Part shown: piece after piece, positions 50,551 to 61,155 of the stretch
Position numbering within the stretch: the stretch's first letter is position 1
How the letters are laid out: each line of letters begins with the position of its first letter
Assembly: GCA_034667725.1 (NCBI GenBank)
Contig: JAXDQS010000002.1
Location: 81,741-145,740 of the forward strand
Direction: 5' to 3'
Origin: Thermoplasmata archaeon
GTDB lineage: Archaea > Thermoplasmatota > E2 > JACPAO01 > JAHFTW01
DNA: 64,000 nucleotides
Translations under genes and position numbers: made by a program
Notes under the pieces: generated by a model
Seen by the model: only the letters and a program-made list of their open reading frames with translations
Database searches by the model: none
What the model was told of the DNA's origin: nothing

Positions 50551-50594
50551 GCGCAGGGCGCAAGGTTGAAGGGCCCCCCTTTTGTGGGAAGCCC

Positions 50595-51311
50595 ATGCGC
50601 ACCCTCCTGCTCGCAGGCCTGTTCCTCGTGGCCGCGTTGGCCGGCTGCACCGGCAAGACCCTCGACTGCCCCGAAGCGTACGGCGCCCAGTACGAGGAGC
50701 TCTACCTCACCGTCGCGGACAAGCTCGAAGAGAACGGCACCCCCATCGAGGACGCGGACTACGACTGCGTCGGCGACGTCCTCGAGCAGGCCTACGGCAC
50801 CGACCCCAGCGACGCCGCCAGCTACCCCTCCCTGGAGCAGCTCTCCAAGGGCTCCGGCAACCTGCCCGGCCTCGGCAACAGCACCGCCCCGCCCCCGGCC
50901 CCCACCTACGCCTGGGAGACCGACGAGATCGGCGGCACGGTCACCACCACGATGGTCGCGGCCCCTGGCGCCACCGGCGCCTCCGTCCCCGACGGCCTCA
51001 GCATCCCGGGCGGCGCCAAGCGCACCTTCGCGAACTTCACCGTCGAGGCCACCGTCCCCGCCACCGAGGTCAGCATCCGCCTCGACGCCCCCGACTGCGA
51101 CGACGCCATGGGCTGCGCCGACAGCCTGACCGAGACCACCTCGGGCGGCGCCGCCACCTTCGAGATCGACAACCCCACGTCCGGCGACTGGACCATCTCG
51201 TTCTTCGCCGCCACCGGCGCCTTCAGCGGCGACTGGTCGGCCGAGGTCGCCTCGCTGGTCCCGGTCGCGCCCGCCGTCGCGGTCGCCTCCACCACCGCGC
51301 CGCCGGCCTGA
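50595..51311 (+). CDS. Lipoprotein with C-terminal PPC-like beta-sandwich
   Basis: LAGC lipobox; [11 protein letters not shown]. Confidence 0.78.
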   Translation: MRTLLLAGLFLVAALAGCTGKTLDCPEAYGAQYEELYLTVADKLEENGTPIEDADYDCVGDVLEQAYGTDPSDAASYPSLEQLSKGSGNLPGLGNSTAPPPAPTYAWETDEIGGTVTTTMVAAPGATGASVPDGLSIPGGAKRTFANFTVEATVPATEVSIRLDAPDCDDAMGCADSLTETTSGGAATFEIDNPTSGDWTISFFAATGAFSGDWSAEVASLVPVAPAVAVASTTAPPA

Positions 51312-51610
51312 TGCGCCTCCACGTCTGGGTCTCCGGCCGCGTCCAAGGCGTGCACTTCCGCGCCTCGCTGCGCCGCGAGGCCGAGGCGTTCGGCCTGGCC
51401 GGCTGGGTGCGCAACCTCCCCGACGGCCGCGTCGAGGCCGTCGCGGAGGGCGAGCCCGCCGCCGTCGAGTCCCTCGTCGGCTGGTGCCGGCGCGGGCCGG
51501 AGCGGGCGGTCGTGTCCGGGATCGAGGCCAAGCCGGAGCCGGAGGAAGGGCTGCGGGGGTTCGAGGTGCGGCGGACGCCGGCGGCCGCGGCGCCAGTTTC
51601 CCTCAAATAG
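51311..51610 (+). CDS. acyP: Acylphosphatase
   Basis: [23 protein letters not shown]. Confidence 0.93.
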   Translation: MRLHVWVSGRVQGVHFRASLRREAEAFGLAGWVRNLPDGRVEAVAEGEPAAVESLVGWCRRGPERAVVSGIEAKPEPEEGLRGFEVRRTPAAAAPVSLK

Positions 51611-51632
51611 CTCCGCCAAGTCGCCGACCCCG

Positions 51633-52085
51633 ATGGCCGTCGAGCAGACCTTCGTCATGATCAAGCCGGACGCCGTCCAGCGCGGGCTGGTCGGCCAGAT
51701 CGTCGCCCGCTTCGAGGCCAAGGGCCTGAAGATCAAGGCGATGCGCCTGGAGCTGGCGGACCCGAAGGTCATCGAGAAGCACTACGAGGTCCACAAGGCC
51801 CGGCCGTTCTACGCCGGCCTGGTGTCCTACATGACCTCCGGCCCGGTGGTGCCGATGCTGGTCGAGGGCGAGTCGGCCATCGCCGTCAGCCGCGCCTTGA
51901 TGGGCGCCACCAACCCCGTGCAGGGCAAGCCGGGCGAGATCCGCTTCGACTTCGCGCAGCACATCGGCCGCAACATCATCCACGGCTCCGACTCCCCGGA
52001 CACGGCGGCCTTCGAGACCGGCCTCTGGTTCCCCAAGGGCGGCGCGTCCTACCGCACCGCCTCGGACCCGTTCCTGTTCGAGTAG
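51633..52085 (+). CDS. ndk: Nucleoside diphosphate kinase
   Basis: IKPDAVQR, RNIIHGSDS. Confidence 0.97.
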   Translation: MAVEQTFVMIKPDAVQRGLVGQIVARFEAKGLKIKAMRLELADPKVIEKHYEVHKARPFYAGLVSYMTSGPVVPMLVEGESAIAVSRALMGATNPVQGKPGEIRFDFAQHIGRNIIHGSDSPDTAAFETGLWFPKGGASYRTASDPFLFE

Positions 52086-52086
52086 C

Positions 52087-52635
52087 CTAGCGCGCGGCCT
52101 TCAGGGCCTTCGCGTACCATTCGACCTCGTCGAGGAACCGGCCGAGACGGCGGTCGAACTCCGGGTCCACGGGGCCGTCCGCGGTGAACGCCTTGCCGAC
52201 GTAGGGGACCGACACATGGGCCGGGACGGAGACGGCCCCGAGTCCTGCGACCACTTGGCGCAAGGCCTCGATGGCGCGCAAGCCGCCCGAAAGGCCGCCG
52301 CAGCCCACCAGCCCGAACGGCTTGCGGTTCCACGGCTTGAAGGTCAGGTCGAGCATGTTCTTCAGCGCCCCCGGATACGAGTGGTTGTACTCTGGCGTGA
52401 CGATGACGAAGGCGTCCGCCGCGGTGACCGCCTCCATGAACGCCGCCACTTTGGGCGAATGGGCCGGCATCTCGAACTCGCGCTGCACCAAGTCGCCGAA
52501 GCCCAGCTCGCGCGGGTCCAGCAGTTGCGCCGTGACCCCGGGGCGGGCGGCCAAGGCCTTGTGGACGTGGCGGGCCACGTGCTCCGACTGGCGGCCTTCC
52601 CGGACGGTCCCCAGCAGGACCACGACGCGGACCAT
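52087..52635 (-). CDS. NADPH-dependent FMN reductase
   Basis: GTVREGRQS, TPEYNHSYPGALKN. Confidence 0.93.
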   Translation of the reverse strand: MVRVVVLLGTVREGRQSEHVARHVHKALAARPGVTAQLLDPRELGFGDLVQREFEMPAHSPKVAAFMEAVTAADAFVIVTPEYNHSYPGALKNMLDLTFKPWNRKPFGLVGCGGLSGGLRAIEALRQVVAGLGAVSVPAHVSVPYVGKAFTADGPVDPEFDRRLGRFLDEVEWYAKALKAAR

Positions 52636-52686
52636 GGCCGAGGGTCGGCGCATGGTATATCAAGCCAGAGGATTGTGTCAACCACG

Positions 52687-53016
52687 ATGGCAAGCGAGTT
52701 CCAACTCTACAAGGACGCCAGTGGCGCCTTCCGATGGCGCCTCACCGCCGACAACAACCAGGTCGTGGCCGTCGCCTCCGAGGGCTACGTCAACAAGGCG
52801 GCGGCGCAGCGCGGCATCGAGATCACCCGCAAGGGGCAGGCCTCCTACACGGTCATCCCCGACGCGCAGGGCAAGTGGCGCTGGCGCAGCGAGGTCACGA
52901 ACGGCAACATCATCGCCACCGCGGGCCAGGGCTACGTCAACCCCCGCGACTGCGAGCGCGGCATCACGCTCACGAAGCAGTTGGCGAAGACGGCGCCGGT
53001 GAAGGAAGTCGAGTAG
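52687..53016 (+). CDS. YegP/DUF1508 tandem-repeat protein
   Basis: Two repeats: FRWRL..NNQVVA.SEGY and WRWR..NGNIIA..QGY. Confidence 0.88.
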   Translation: MASEFQLYKDASGAFRWRLTADNNQVVAVASEGYVNKAAAQRGIEITRKGQASYTVIPDAQGKWRWRSEVTNGNIIATAGQGYVNPRDCERGITLTKQLAKTAPVKEVE

Positions 53017-53021
53017 GGCCT

Positions 53022-53555
53022 TCAGCCGCGCTTTGCTTCCTCGGCCTTAGCCTGAAAGAGGGCCGAGTAGACGATGGCGTCCCAGGAGTTGTGGATGCCC
53101 ACCAGCAGCAATGCCAAGGTGATGGCCGCCACCCCGAACAGGGCTTCGCGGGCGTGGCCCAAGGCCCACGGCGCCGAAGCGGCCAGCGCGGCGTAGGCCG
53201 CCAAGGGCAGGACGCAGTGGAAGACCCAGTCCTCCAGTTGCGGCTTGTAGGTGGCCTGCTTGCGCATCCGCGCCCCCACCAGCACCGAGTAGCCGATGCC
53301 CGCCACGCCGACGGCCCCCCAGAGGAAGGCGAGCGGGGGCATCGACTCCCACGGCGCGCAGACTAGGGACGAAACCACGAGCACGGCGCAGAAGTGGACG
53401 ATGGTCGGGGTCGCGAAGGCAGCGGTGGCGTCGCCGGCCAGCAGCCGCGGCCGGTCGGCGATCAGCGTCAGCACGATGAACTGCAGGCCGACCAGCGCGC
53501 CGGCGGCCGCGCCCACGATGACGTAGTAGGTCTCCCAGCCTGTCAGTTCGAGCAC
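53022..53555 (-). CDS. Conserved membrane protein
   Basis: GWETYYVIVGAAAGALVGLQF, TPTIVHF, GIHNSWD. Confidence 0.82.
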   Translation of the reverse strand: MLELTGWETYYVIVGAAAGALVGLQFIVLTLIADRPRLLAGDATAAFATPTIVHFCAVLVVSSLVCAPWESMPPLAFLWGAVGVAGIGYSVLVGARMRKQATYKPQLEDWVFHCVLPLAAYAALAASAPWALGHAREALFGVAAITLALLLVGIHNSWDAIVYSALFQAKAEEAKRG

Positions 53556-53676
53556 GCGGCTTGCTCCCCGGCGCCAACAGCGCGTCGTTTCTTGCCTCTG
53601 GGCATGGGGGCAACGTGGAGGCGCCGCACGCCGACGGCCCAAAACCCGCAAATAGCGCCCTCCTGTGGGCGCCGGC

Positions 53677-55686
53677 ATGGCCCGGGACGACCGCACCGCC
53701 GAAGAGAAGCTCGCGGACGAGCTGGCGGACGAGCTCGAGGCCGAGTTCGCCGACGAGGCCCCGGCGGAGGAGCCGGCGCCCGTCGCGGTCGCGCCAGCGT
53801 CCAAGAAGGAGGCGCCCAAGCCGGTCGAGGTGTCCGCCGAGGCCATCGCGAAGGCGAAGGAGAACGCCAAGAAGGCGACCGAGGGCGACGTCGACAAGGC
53901 GCTTGGGGCCCTCGAGGCGAAGTCCGCGACCGCCTACACCCGGCACCCCATTGTGTCGGTGCTGGGCCACGTCGACCATGGCAAGACCAGCATCCTCGAC
54001 AAGATCCGCGGCACCAAGGTGTTCGACCGCGAGGCCGGCGCCATCACCCAGCACATCGGCGCCTCCGAGGTCCCGCTCGAGACCATCTACCAGCGCTGCG
54101 GCGTCCTGCTGCGCAACAAGAAGTTCACCGTCCCCGGCCTGCTGTTCATCGACACGCCGGGCCACCACGCCTTCTCGTCGCTGCGGGCTCGCGGCGGCCA
54201 GCTTGCCGACATCGCCGTCCTGGTCGTCGACATGACGGAAGGCCTCATGCCCCAGACCTTGGAGGCCATCGGCATCCTGCGCCGCTCCAAGACCCCGTTC
54301 ATCGTGGCCGCCAACAAGGTGGACCGCTGCCAAGGCTGGAAGACCGAGAACAAGCCGTTCATCCTCAACGTCCGCGACCAGGGCCCGACGGCGCAGGCGT
54401 CGTTCGACGACAAGTTCTACGCCCTCATCGCCGCCCTCTACCAGCAGGGGCTCCCGGCCGAGCGCTACGACCGCATCGAGGACTTCACCAAGAACATCGC
54501 CATCGTGCCCACCTGCGCCCAGAGCGGCGAGGGCATCCCCGACCTGCTTGCGATGCTGGTCGGCCTGGCCCAGAAGTTCCTGGAGGGCCGCCTTGAGACC
54601 GACGAGGAGCTGCCCGGCGAAGGCACCGTCCTGGAGGTCAAGGAGGACAAGGGCATCGGCACCGTCCTCGACGTCGTGCTGTACGCGGGCTCGATCCGCA
54701 AGAGCGACCGCATCCTGGTCGGCACCAAGGGCGAGCCGCTGGAGACCCCGATCAAGGCGCTCTTGAAGCCAGCCCCCAACGACGAGATGCGCGACGCCCG
54801 CAAGGCGTTCACCAAGGTGGACGAGGTCATCGCCGCCGCCGGCCTCAAGCTCCTGGCCGGCAACCTCGAAGGCGTCGTCGCCGGGGCACCCCTCCGGGTG
54901 GTGCGCGCCGACAACTACGACGAGGCCTACGAGGCGGTCGCTTCGGCCAGCAAGCCGCAGGTCGAGCTCGCGGACACGGGCGTCTTCGTCAAGGCCGACA
55001 CCATCGGCGGCCTGGAGGCGCTGGCCGGCGAGCTCAAGGCGCGCGGCATCCCGATCCGCAACGCCGAGGTCGGCGACATCAGCCGCCGCGACGTCGTCGA
55101 GGCCGCCAGCATGACCGACCCGTTGAGCCGCGCCATCCTCGGCTTCTGCGTCAAGCCGCTGCCCGACGTCGAGGTGGAGGCGCAAGCCCGCGACCTGCCG
55201 GTGTTCGCCAGCCAGGTCATCTACTCCCTGCTGGACGACTACGACGCCTGGCGCAAGGCCGAGGCCGAGAAGCAGACCGCCGCCCACCGCGTCCAGCATG
55301 TCCACCCCGCCAAGCTGCGCTTCCTGCCTGGCTGCAGCTTCCGCATGCGCGACCCGGCGGTGTTCGGCGTGCGAATCCTGGCCGGCGCCATCACCCCCGG
55401 CCGGATGCTGATCCGCGAGGACGGCAAGTCCATCGGCCGCATCAAGAGCATCCAGAAGGACAACAAGACCGTCACGACGGCCAAGCTCGGCGACGAGGTG
55501 GCGATCTCCGTGCCGGGCCCGACGATTGGACGCCAAATCGCCGAGGAGGACATCCTGTACCTCGACATCCCCGAGTCGGACGCCAAGTGGCTGCTGACCC
55601 AAGGCAAGGTGACGCCCGAGGAGAAGGACGTCCTGGTGGAGTTCCTCAAGGTGCGCAGGAAAGAGGACAAGTTCTGGGGGATGTGA
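53677..55686 (+). CDS. infB: Translation initiation factor aIF5B/IF-2 with N-terminal extension
   Basis: PIVSVLGHVDHGKT, GAITQHIGA, DTPGH, NKVD, C-terminal FWGM. Confidence 0.97.
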   Translation: MARDDRTAEEKLADELADELEAEFADEAPAEEPAPVAVAPASKKEAPKPVEVSAEAIAKAKENAKKATEGDVDKALGALEAKSATAYTRHPIVSVLGHVDHGKTSILDKIRGTKVFDREAGAITQHIGASEVPLETIYQRCGVLLRNKKFTVPGLLFIDTPGHHAFSSLRARGGQLADIAVLVVDMTEGLMPQTLEAIGILRRSKTPFIVAANKVDRCQGWKTENKPFILNVRDQGPTAQASFDDKFYALIAALYQQGLPAERYDRIEDFTKNIAIVPTCAQSGEGIPDLLAMLVGLAQKFLEGRLETDEELPGEGTVLEVKEDKGIGTVLDVVLYAGSIRKSDRILVGTKGEPLETPIKALLKPAPNDEMRDARKAFTKVDEVIAAAGLKLLAGNLEGVVAGAPLRVVRADNYDEAYEAVASASKPQVELADTGVFVKADTIGGLEALAGELKARGIPIRNAEVGDISRRDVVEAASMTDPLSRAILGFCVKPLPDVEVEAQARDLPVFASQVIYSLLDDYDAWRKAEAEKQTAAHRVQHVHPAKLRFLPGCSFRMRDPAVFGVRILAGAITPGRMLIREDGKSIGRIKSIQKDNKTVTTAKLGDEVAISVPGPTIGRQIAEEDILYLDIPESDAKWLLTQGKVTPEEKDVLVEFLKVRRKEDKFWGM

Positions 55687-56567
55687 GCACGGCCTACGTC
55701 GCCTTGACCGACGAAGAATGGGCCGCCTACCTCCAGGACGAGGACCTCACCAGCAACGTCAACTTCTGGTCGCCGGGCGCCAAGCCGTTGCGCTCCAACC
55801 TGGCGGGTCAAAGGCTGTTCTTCTTCGTCAAGACGCCCCAAGACCGGCTTGGTCAGTTGCGGCCGCATCGGCTGGTGGCGGGCTACGGTCGGGTGGTGGG
55901 CTTCGAACTCAAGACCGCCGCGCAGGCATGGGCTGCCTTTGGGCCCGGCAATGGTGCTGCCTCCCTGGAAGCCATGCTCGCGCGCATCAGCAAGTTCGGT
56001 TCCGTGGGCGCACGGAGCGCGGAATCCACGATTGGCTGCACGGTCCTGGACGAGGTCTATTGGTTTCCGGAACCCGTACGGGCGGACCAGGCTGGGATTG
56101 CCTGGGCGCCCTCCATCGTGCGCGGCAAGACCATCAGCGACGAGCAGGAGCAGCGGCTCCTGGAGGCGGCGCACCTGGCCCCCGGCGACCTGCCTTCGGT
56201 GCTGCAACGGCTGGCGACCGAGTTCGCGCAGGCTCCGCCGCGGCGCAAGGAAACGGTTTCGAAGCGCATCGAGCGCAACCCCCTCGTGGTCGGCTATCTC
56301 AAGCGCCTTCACGACCGGAACTGCCAGTACTGCGGAACGGAGTTCTTTGTCAAGCGCGGTGGACGAGCCCGCTACTCTGAAGTGCACCATGTCAAGGAGC
56401 TTGGCGCCGGCGGGCTTGACATCGTCGACAACTGCCTGGTCCTGTGCGCGACCTGCCACCGGCGCTTCCATTATGGCGAGCTGCGCGTCGAAGCGACAAG
56501 GGATGCCTTCGAAATCCTGGAGGCCGGCGCCGTTCGGCGCATCGCGCGCAATCGACTGCCTCGTTGA
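55683..56567 (+). CDS. HNH endonuclease with N-terminal PUA-like domain (putative modification-dependent restriction enzyme)
   Basis: VALTDEEW..VNFWSP..FFFVK; CQYC, EVHH, NCLVLCATCH; GTG overlaps infB stop. Confidence 0.85.
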   Translation: MSTAYVALTDEEWAAYLQDEDLTSNVNFWSPGAKPLRSNLAGQRLFFFVKTPQDRLGQLRPHRLVAGYGRVVGFELKTAAQAWAAFGPGNGAASLEAMLARISKFGSVGARSAESTIGCTVLDEVYWFPEPVRADQAGIAWAPSIVRGKTISDEQEQRLLEAAHLAPGDLPSVLQRLATEFAQAPPRRKETVSKRIERNPLVVGYLKRLHDRNCQYCGTEFFVKRGGRARYSEVHHVKELGAGGLDIVDNCLVLCATCHRRFHYGELRVEATRDAFEILEAGAVRRIARNRLPR

Positions 56568-56618
56568 ACCAACGAACATCCGTTCAGCTTCATGTTGGTC
56601 GGCTGTTTCCTCAGTTCC

Positions 56619-56819
56619 ATGGAATGGACGCTCGTTTGCCTCCGCCTGAAGAAACAGCATTACGAGGCGCGCGTGGTCGAGGCCGGGTTGGCTGGCCAAG
56701 GAGCGTCCGCCGAGGAGGCGCTCCAGCAAGCCAAGGCTGCCTTGGCCGAGGCGTTGGCGAAAGAGCAACGCTTCCACGCCGGGACGCTTGTGGTCCTTGA
56801 ACGGGTCCAGGCCGACTAG
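56619..56819 (+). CDS. HicB-like antitoxin domain protein
   Basis: YEARV..GLAGQGASAEEALQQAKAAL. Confidence 0.65.
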   Translation: MEWTLVCLRLKKQHYEARVVEAGLAGQGASAEEALQQAKAALAEALAKEQRFHAGTLVVLERVQAD

Positions 56820-57325
56820 CCGCCCACCAAGTCCTTCAACAACCCCGTGAACGCATCGTGGTCCTCGGGCACCGGCGTGAAGTTCGCCAGCATCCCGCGG
56901 ACGTACGCTGGATCCGCCAAGCGGTAGTGCCGTTCCCGCCCGACCGCCTCCACATCAAGCACGCCGGCGGCCCGCAGGTCGCCGAGGTGGTAGCTGGTGC
57001 TGGCCTTCGCAAGGCCCAGCCGCTTCGCCATGTGGCCGTGCGCCATCGGGCCGTCCAGCAGCAGGACGGTGATGCGGAACGCGACGTCCCGACGCAGCAG
57101 GCAGAGGAACGCGACGTCGCGGGCGGACCAGCGGGGCCGGGTCGCGGCGGGGAAGCAGCGCGTGAAGCCGTGGTCTTCCACCAGTTGCACAGTGCCGTCG
57201 GCCACGAGCTGCTGGAGGTGGTAGTGCGCCAGCCGGTCGGAGAGGCCGAGGCTGCGCTCCAGTTCGCGGACGTGGATGCCCGGGAAGCGCTGCACCGACG
57301 CGAGCACTTGGCCGCGCGCGGTCAT
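56816..57325 (-). CDS. Double winged-helix regulator (COG3398/ArsR-like)
   Basis: VQRFPGIHVREL...HYHL; LGLAKASTSYHL. Confidence 0.85.
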   Translation of the reverse strand: MTARGQVLASVQRFPGIHVRELERSLGLSDRLAHYHLQQLVADGTVQLVEDHGFTRCFPAATRPRWSARDVAFLCLLRRDVAFRITVLLLDGPMAHGHMAKRLGLAKASTSYHLGDLRAAGVLDVEAVGRERHYRLADPAYVRGMLANFTPVPEDHDAFTGLLKDLVGG

Positions 57326-57591
57326 GCCGGCCTCCGCAGGATGGGGTAGGCGATGAGGCCGACCGCGGCCAGGTCGGCCAGCGAGAACGCGAGCTCCAGG
57401 GCGCCGTCCTCGCCGCCGCTGGCCATGACGGCGGCCTTGACGAGGTTCTTGGCGGCCAGCAGGGCGAAGGCCCAGGCGACCAGTTGGATGCGGCGGTTGC
57501 CGGTGCGCAGCACGGCCCGCCAGCAGCCGACGGCGACGATGCCGCACAGCACCGCGACGGCGCCGATCAGGAGTGCGGCGGGCCAGGCCAT
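57322..57591 (-). CDS. Small 3-TM protein
   Basis: Three hydrophobic helices; coupled to both flanking genes. Confidence 0.78.
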   Translation of the reverse strand: MAWPAALLIGAVAVLCGIVAVGCWRAVLRTGNRRIQLVAWAFALLAAKNLVKAAVMASGGEDGALELAFSLADLAAVGLIAYPILRRPA

Positions 57592-57592
57592 G

Positions 57593-58084
57593 TCATTCCA
57601 CGATGAGGACGCCCTTCATGCCGGCCTGCTCGTGGCGGGTCTTGGGCGAGCCGTCCGGGTTCTTGCCGAGGCCGCCGCCGACCTCGCAGTAGAGCTTGAA
57701 CGTCCCTTTCGTGCTGGCGACGAAGAAGTCTTGGCCTTCCGGGCACGGGACGACGTGGCGGAGGCAGGTGCTGGCGGTGCCGCCGGCGGGGACCTCATGC
57801 TCAATCAGTTGGCCGCCGTACTCGAAGGCGACGTCGTGGAAGTTGTCCTTGCCGGAGCCGGCCCCGTTGTAGTCCTTGTTGGGGTCGTCGTCGTTGGTGA
57901 TGACGAACCGGACCTTGGCGCCTTGCGGGACACGAATCTCGGCAGGCGTTAGGTACTGGGTGGTGCCGTCGGCGTTCCAGCCGATGTGGATCTCGAACTC
58001 GCGCACGGCGTCGTCCTTGGTGGCCGCGCAGCCGGAGAGGGCCGCAAGGAGCAGGGGGAGGGCCAAGGCGGGGGCCAAGCGCAC
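57593..58084 (-). CDS. Cupredoxin (type-1 copper) lipoprotein
   Basis: LSGC lipobox; ligands in FHDV, LYCEV, RHEQAGM. Confidence 0.85.
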   Translation of the reverse strand: MRLAPALALPLLLAALSGCAATKDDAVREFEIHIGWNADGTTQYLTPAEIRVPQGAKVRFVITNDDDPNKDYNGAGSGKDNFHDVAFEYGGQLIEHEVPAGGTASTCLRHVVPCPEGQDFFVASTKGTFKLYCEVGGGLGKNPDGSPKTRHEQAGMKGVLIVE

Positions 58085-58171
58085 GGCATCGTCCACGCGG
58101 GCTTCCCCGAAAAGCGCGACGGTTCGAAGAACGCGGAAACGTCAAATGGCGGAGGCTTGGTCCCGTGGGCA

Positions 58172-58849
58172 ATGCGGCTTCTCCTGCCTTGCGCCATCGT
58201 CGGCCTCGTCCTCCTGGCCGGCTGCTCCTCGACCACCACGACCAGCTCTAGCACGGGGGCGGCCGCCAAGTTCTCGACGGCCAACTTCGACGGCAGCGCC
58301 ACGGGCGGGGTGCCGGCCGGCTGGAGCCCCACCGGCGGCTCCTGGCGGGTCGTCTCCGCCGCCGACGCGCCGAGCGGGACGCACGCGATGGAGGGCCGCG
58401 GCGACGCCACCGAGGGCCGCACCACGCTGGTGGCCGACGGCGCCGGCGCGCTCGGCGACTTCGAGGCGTTCGTGCGCTTCAACCTCCAGTCCGGCGAGCA
58501 CCCCCAAGGCGCCGGCCTGAGCTTCCGCTTCGTCGACGAGACCCACTACTACTGCATCCGCTACAGCAACTCCGAGCAGGGCTGGCACCTGTTCCTGGCC
58601 AACGGCGCCGACCCGTCGAAGAAGCCGGACGCCACCGTGGAGTTCAACGGCACCCTGCCCGGCTTCAACGAGTGGGTGAGCCTGCGCGTCGAGGCGGACG
58701 GCAGCCACATCGAGGCGTTCGCCAACGGCACCAAGGTCATCGACTACACCGAGACGGACGCCACCGCGCCCAAGTCCGGCAAGGTCGGCCTGATGCTGCG
58801 CGGCCAGACCGTCGCGCTGTTCGACGACTTCGAGGTCGAGACGATCTAG
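58172..58849 (+). CDS. Lipoprotein with LamG/DUF1080-like jelly-roll domain
   Basis: LAGC lipobox; GAGLSFR, SGKVGL, FDDFEV. Confidence 0.82.
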   Translation: MRLLLPCAIVGLVLLAGCSSTTTTSSSTGAAAKFSTANFDGSATGGVPAGWSPTGGSWRVVSAADAPSGTHAMEGRGDATEGRTTLVADGAGALGDFEAFVRFNLQSGEHPQGAGLSFRFVDETHYYCIRYSNSEQGWHLFLANGADPSKKPDATVEFNGTLPGFNEWVSLRVEADGSHIEAFANGTKVIDYTETDATAPKSGKVGLMLRGQTVALFDDFEVETI

Positions 58850-60195
58850 GCGGGGCCCCACGCCACCGGCCGGTGCAGGTGCCGCCGCGCCCCGACGGCG
58901 GGCTCGTGCCACCCCATCGCCACCGTGCGCGGCTCCTCTGCCGCCACAACCGATCCGGGCGGCAGCCGCGCGCCGCACTTGCGGCAGCGGTGGCCGGCGC
59001 CGGCGCCCATGCTGGGCATGGCGCGGTCGCACTCGGGGCAGCGCGGGTTGGCGGCCTTCAGCAAGTGCCGGGCCAGCTCCTCGACGCGCAGCTTCTCCAG
59101 GTTGACCGCGCCGCCGCCTTCGGCCACGGCCCCCACGACGCGCACGCGGTCGCCGGGCCGCAGCCCGCGCGCCGCCTGCCGCAGGCCCTTGGTGGGCTCG
59201 AACGCCCAGGCCGCGAACGCGGCGCCGGCGGCGTCGGCCAGCGGGACCTCGACGTGGCCGCCGCGGCGGTCCTGCGGGAGCCCCAAGACGGTGGCGTCCA
59301 GGTCCACGGTGCCCCACTCCGGCGCCTCCGCCAGGCTGGCGACCCGGGTGGCGTGGTCGCCGGAGGCTTGGTTGGTCGCCCACAGCAGCCAGCCGTCGAC
59401 CGGCTCCTGCACCGCCCACGGCAGGCTGCGGGTCGCGGCGTGCACGAGGGCATCGGGGTCGCGCCCCCGGAGGCCGAGCAGCACGGGGTCGGGGCCGTGC
59501 GGGACGCAGGCCAGCCGGTTCTCCTGCGCATCGAAGGTGTGGAAGGTCGCGCCCGTGCCGTCGAGCCCGGCCAGCGGCTCGGGGTGGACGGTGCGCGCCG
59601 TGCCCCAGCGCGACGGATGGCGGTAGGCCAGGAACTCGAAGCTCGCGGGCGGGCCGGGCCACGCCAGCGCGCCGAGGCAGCCCGGCAGGCTGCGCCCGGT
59701 CGCGGTGCGCACGTGCGCGCCCAAGGTCGCGAGGGCCTCGGCGGCGGCCCCCGGGTCCATCCGCGTCCGCACCGCCTCCCAATAGGCGGCGGCCGGCGGC
59801 GGCTCGTCCACCAGGACGACGCTGGGCTGCGCCTCCGGGCGGGACTCCTTCTTGACCACGTGCCAGGCCCGCTTCAGGAGGGCCGGCGTGGCCGCGACGG
59901 GCTCGGCCTCCGGGAACGCGAGGACCTCGAGGCCGCGCAGCTCGCCGACGCGGGCCTGGGGGCCGGCGGGGCGGCCGAGCGGCAGGACGACGGCGCCGTT
60001 GCCACGGGTCTTGTGTGGGACGTTCGGGTTGAGCCGCACCAGGCGGGGCGGGCCGCGCAGCGCCAGCTCGGGCAGGGCCAAGAGGACGTGGAACGCGAGG
60101 TGGGTGGTGCAGCCGCCCTCCCGGCTGTCCGTGTCGTCGAAGGCCAGCAGCACCGTGGGCGGGGATGGCGCGCCCTTCTCAAACGACCTGTCCAT
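58846..60195 (-). CDS. tiaS: tRNA(Ile2) 2-agmatinylcytidine synthetase
   Basis: DDTDSREGGCTTH, LVRLNPNVPHKTRGN, TNQASGDH, FEPTK, Zn ribbon, RRHL. Confidence 0.95.
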   Translation of the reverse strand: MDRSFEKGAPSPPTVLLAFDDTDSREGGCTTHLAFHVLLALPELALRGPPRLVRLNPNVPHKTRGNGAVVLPLGRPAGPQARVGELRGLEVLAFPEAEPVAATPALLKRAWHVVKKESRPEAQPSVVLVDEPPPAAAYWEAVRTRMDPGAAAEALATLGAHVRTATGRSLPGCLGALAWPGPPASFEFLAYRHPSRWGTARTVHPEPLAGLDGTGATFHTFDAQENRLACVPHGPDPVLLGLRGRDPDALVHAATRSLPWAVQEPVDGWLLWATNQASGDHATRVASLAEAPEWGTVDLDATVLGLPQDRRGGHVEVPLADAAGAAFAAWAFEPTKGLRQAARGLRPGDRVRVVGAVAEGGGAVNLEKLRVEELARHLLKAANPRCPECDRAMPSMGAGAGHRCRKCGARLPPGSVVAAEEPRTVAMGWHEPAVGARRHLHRPVAWGPA

Positions 60196-60228
60196 CGAGC
60201 CTATATCCTCCCCTTCGGTGGTCGGGCG

Positions 60229-61151
<923 letters not shown>

Positions 61152-61155
<4 letters not shown>

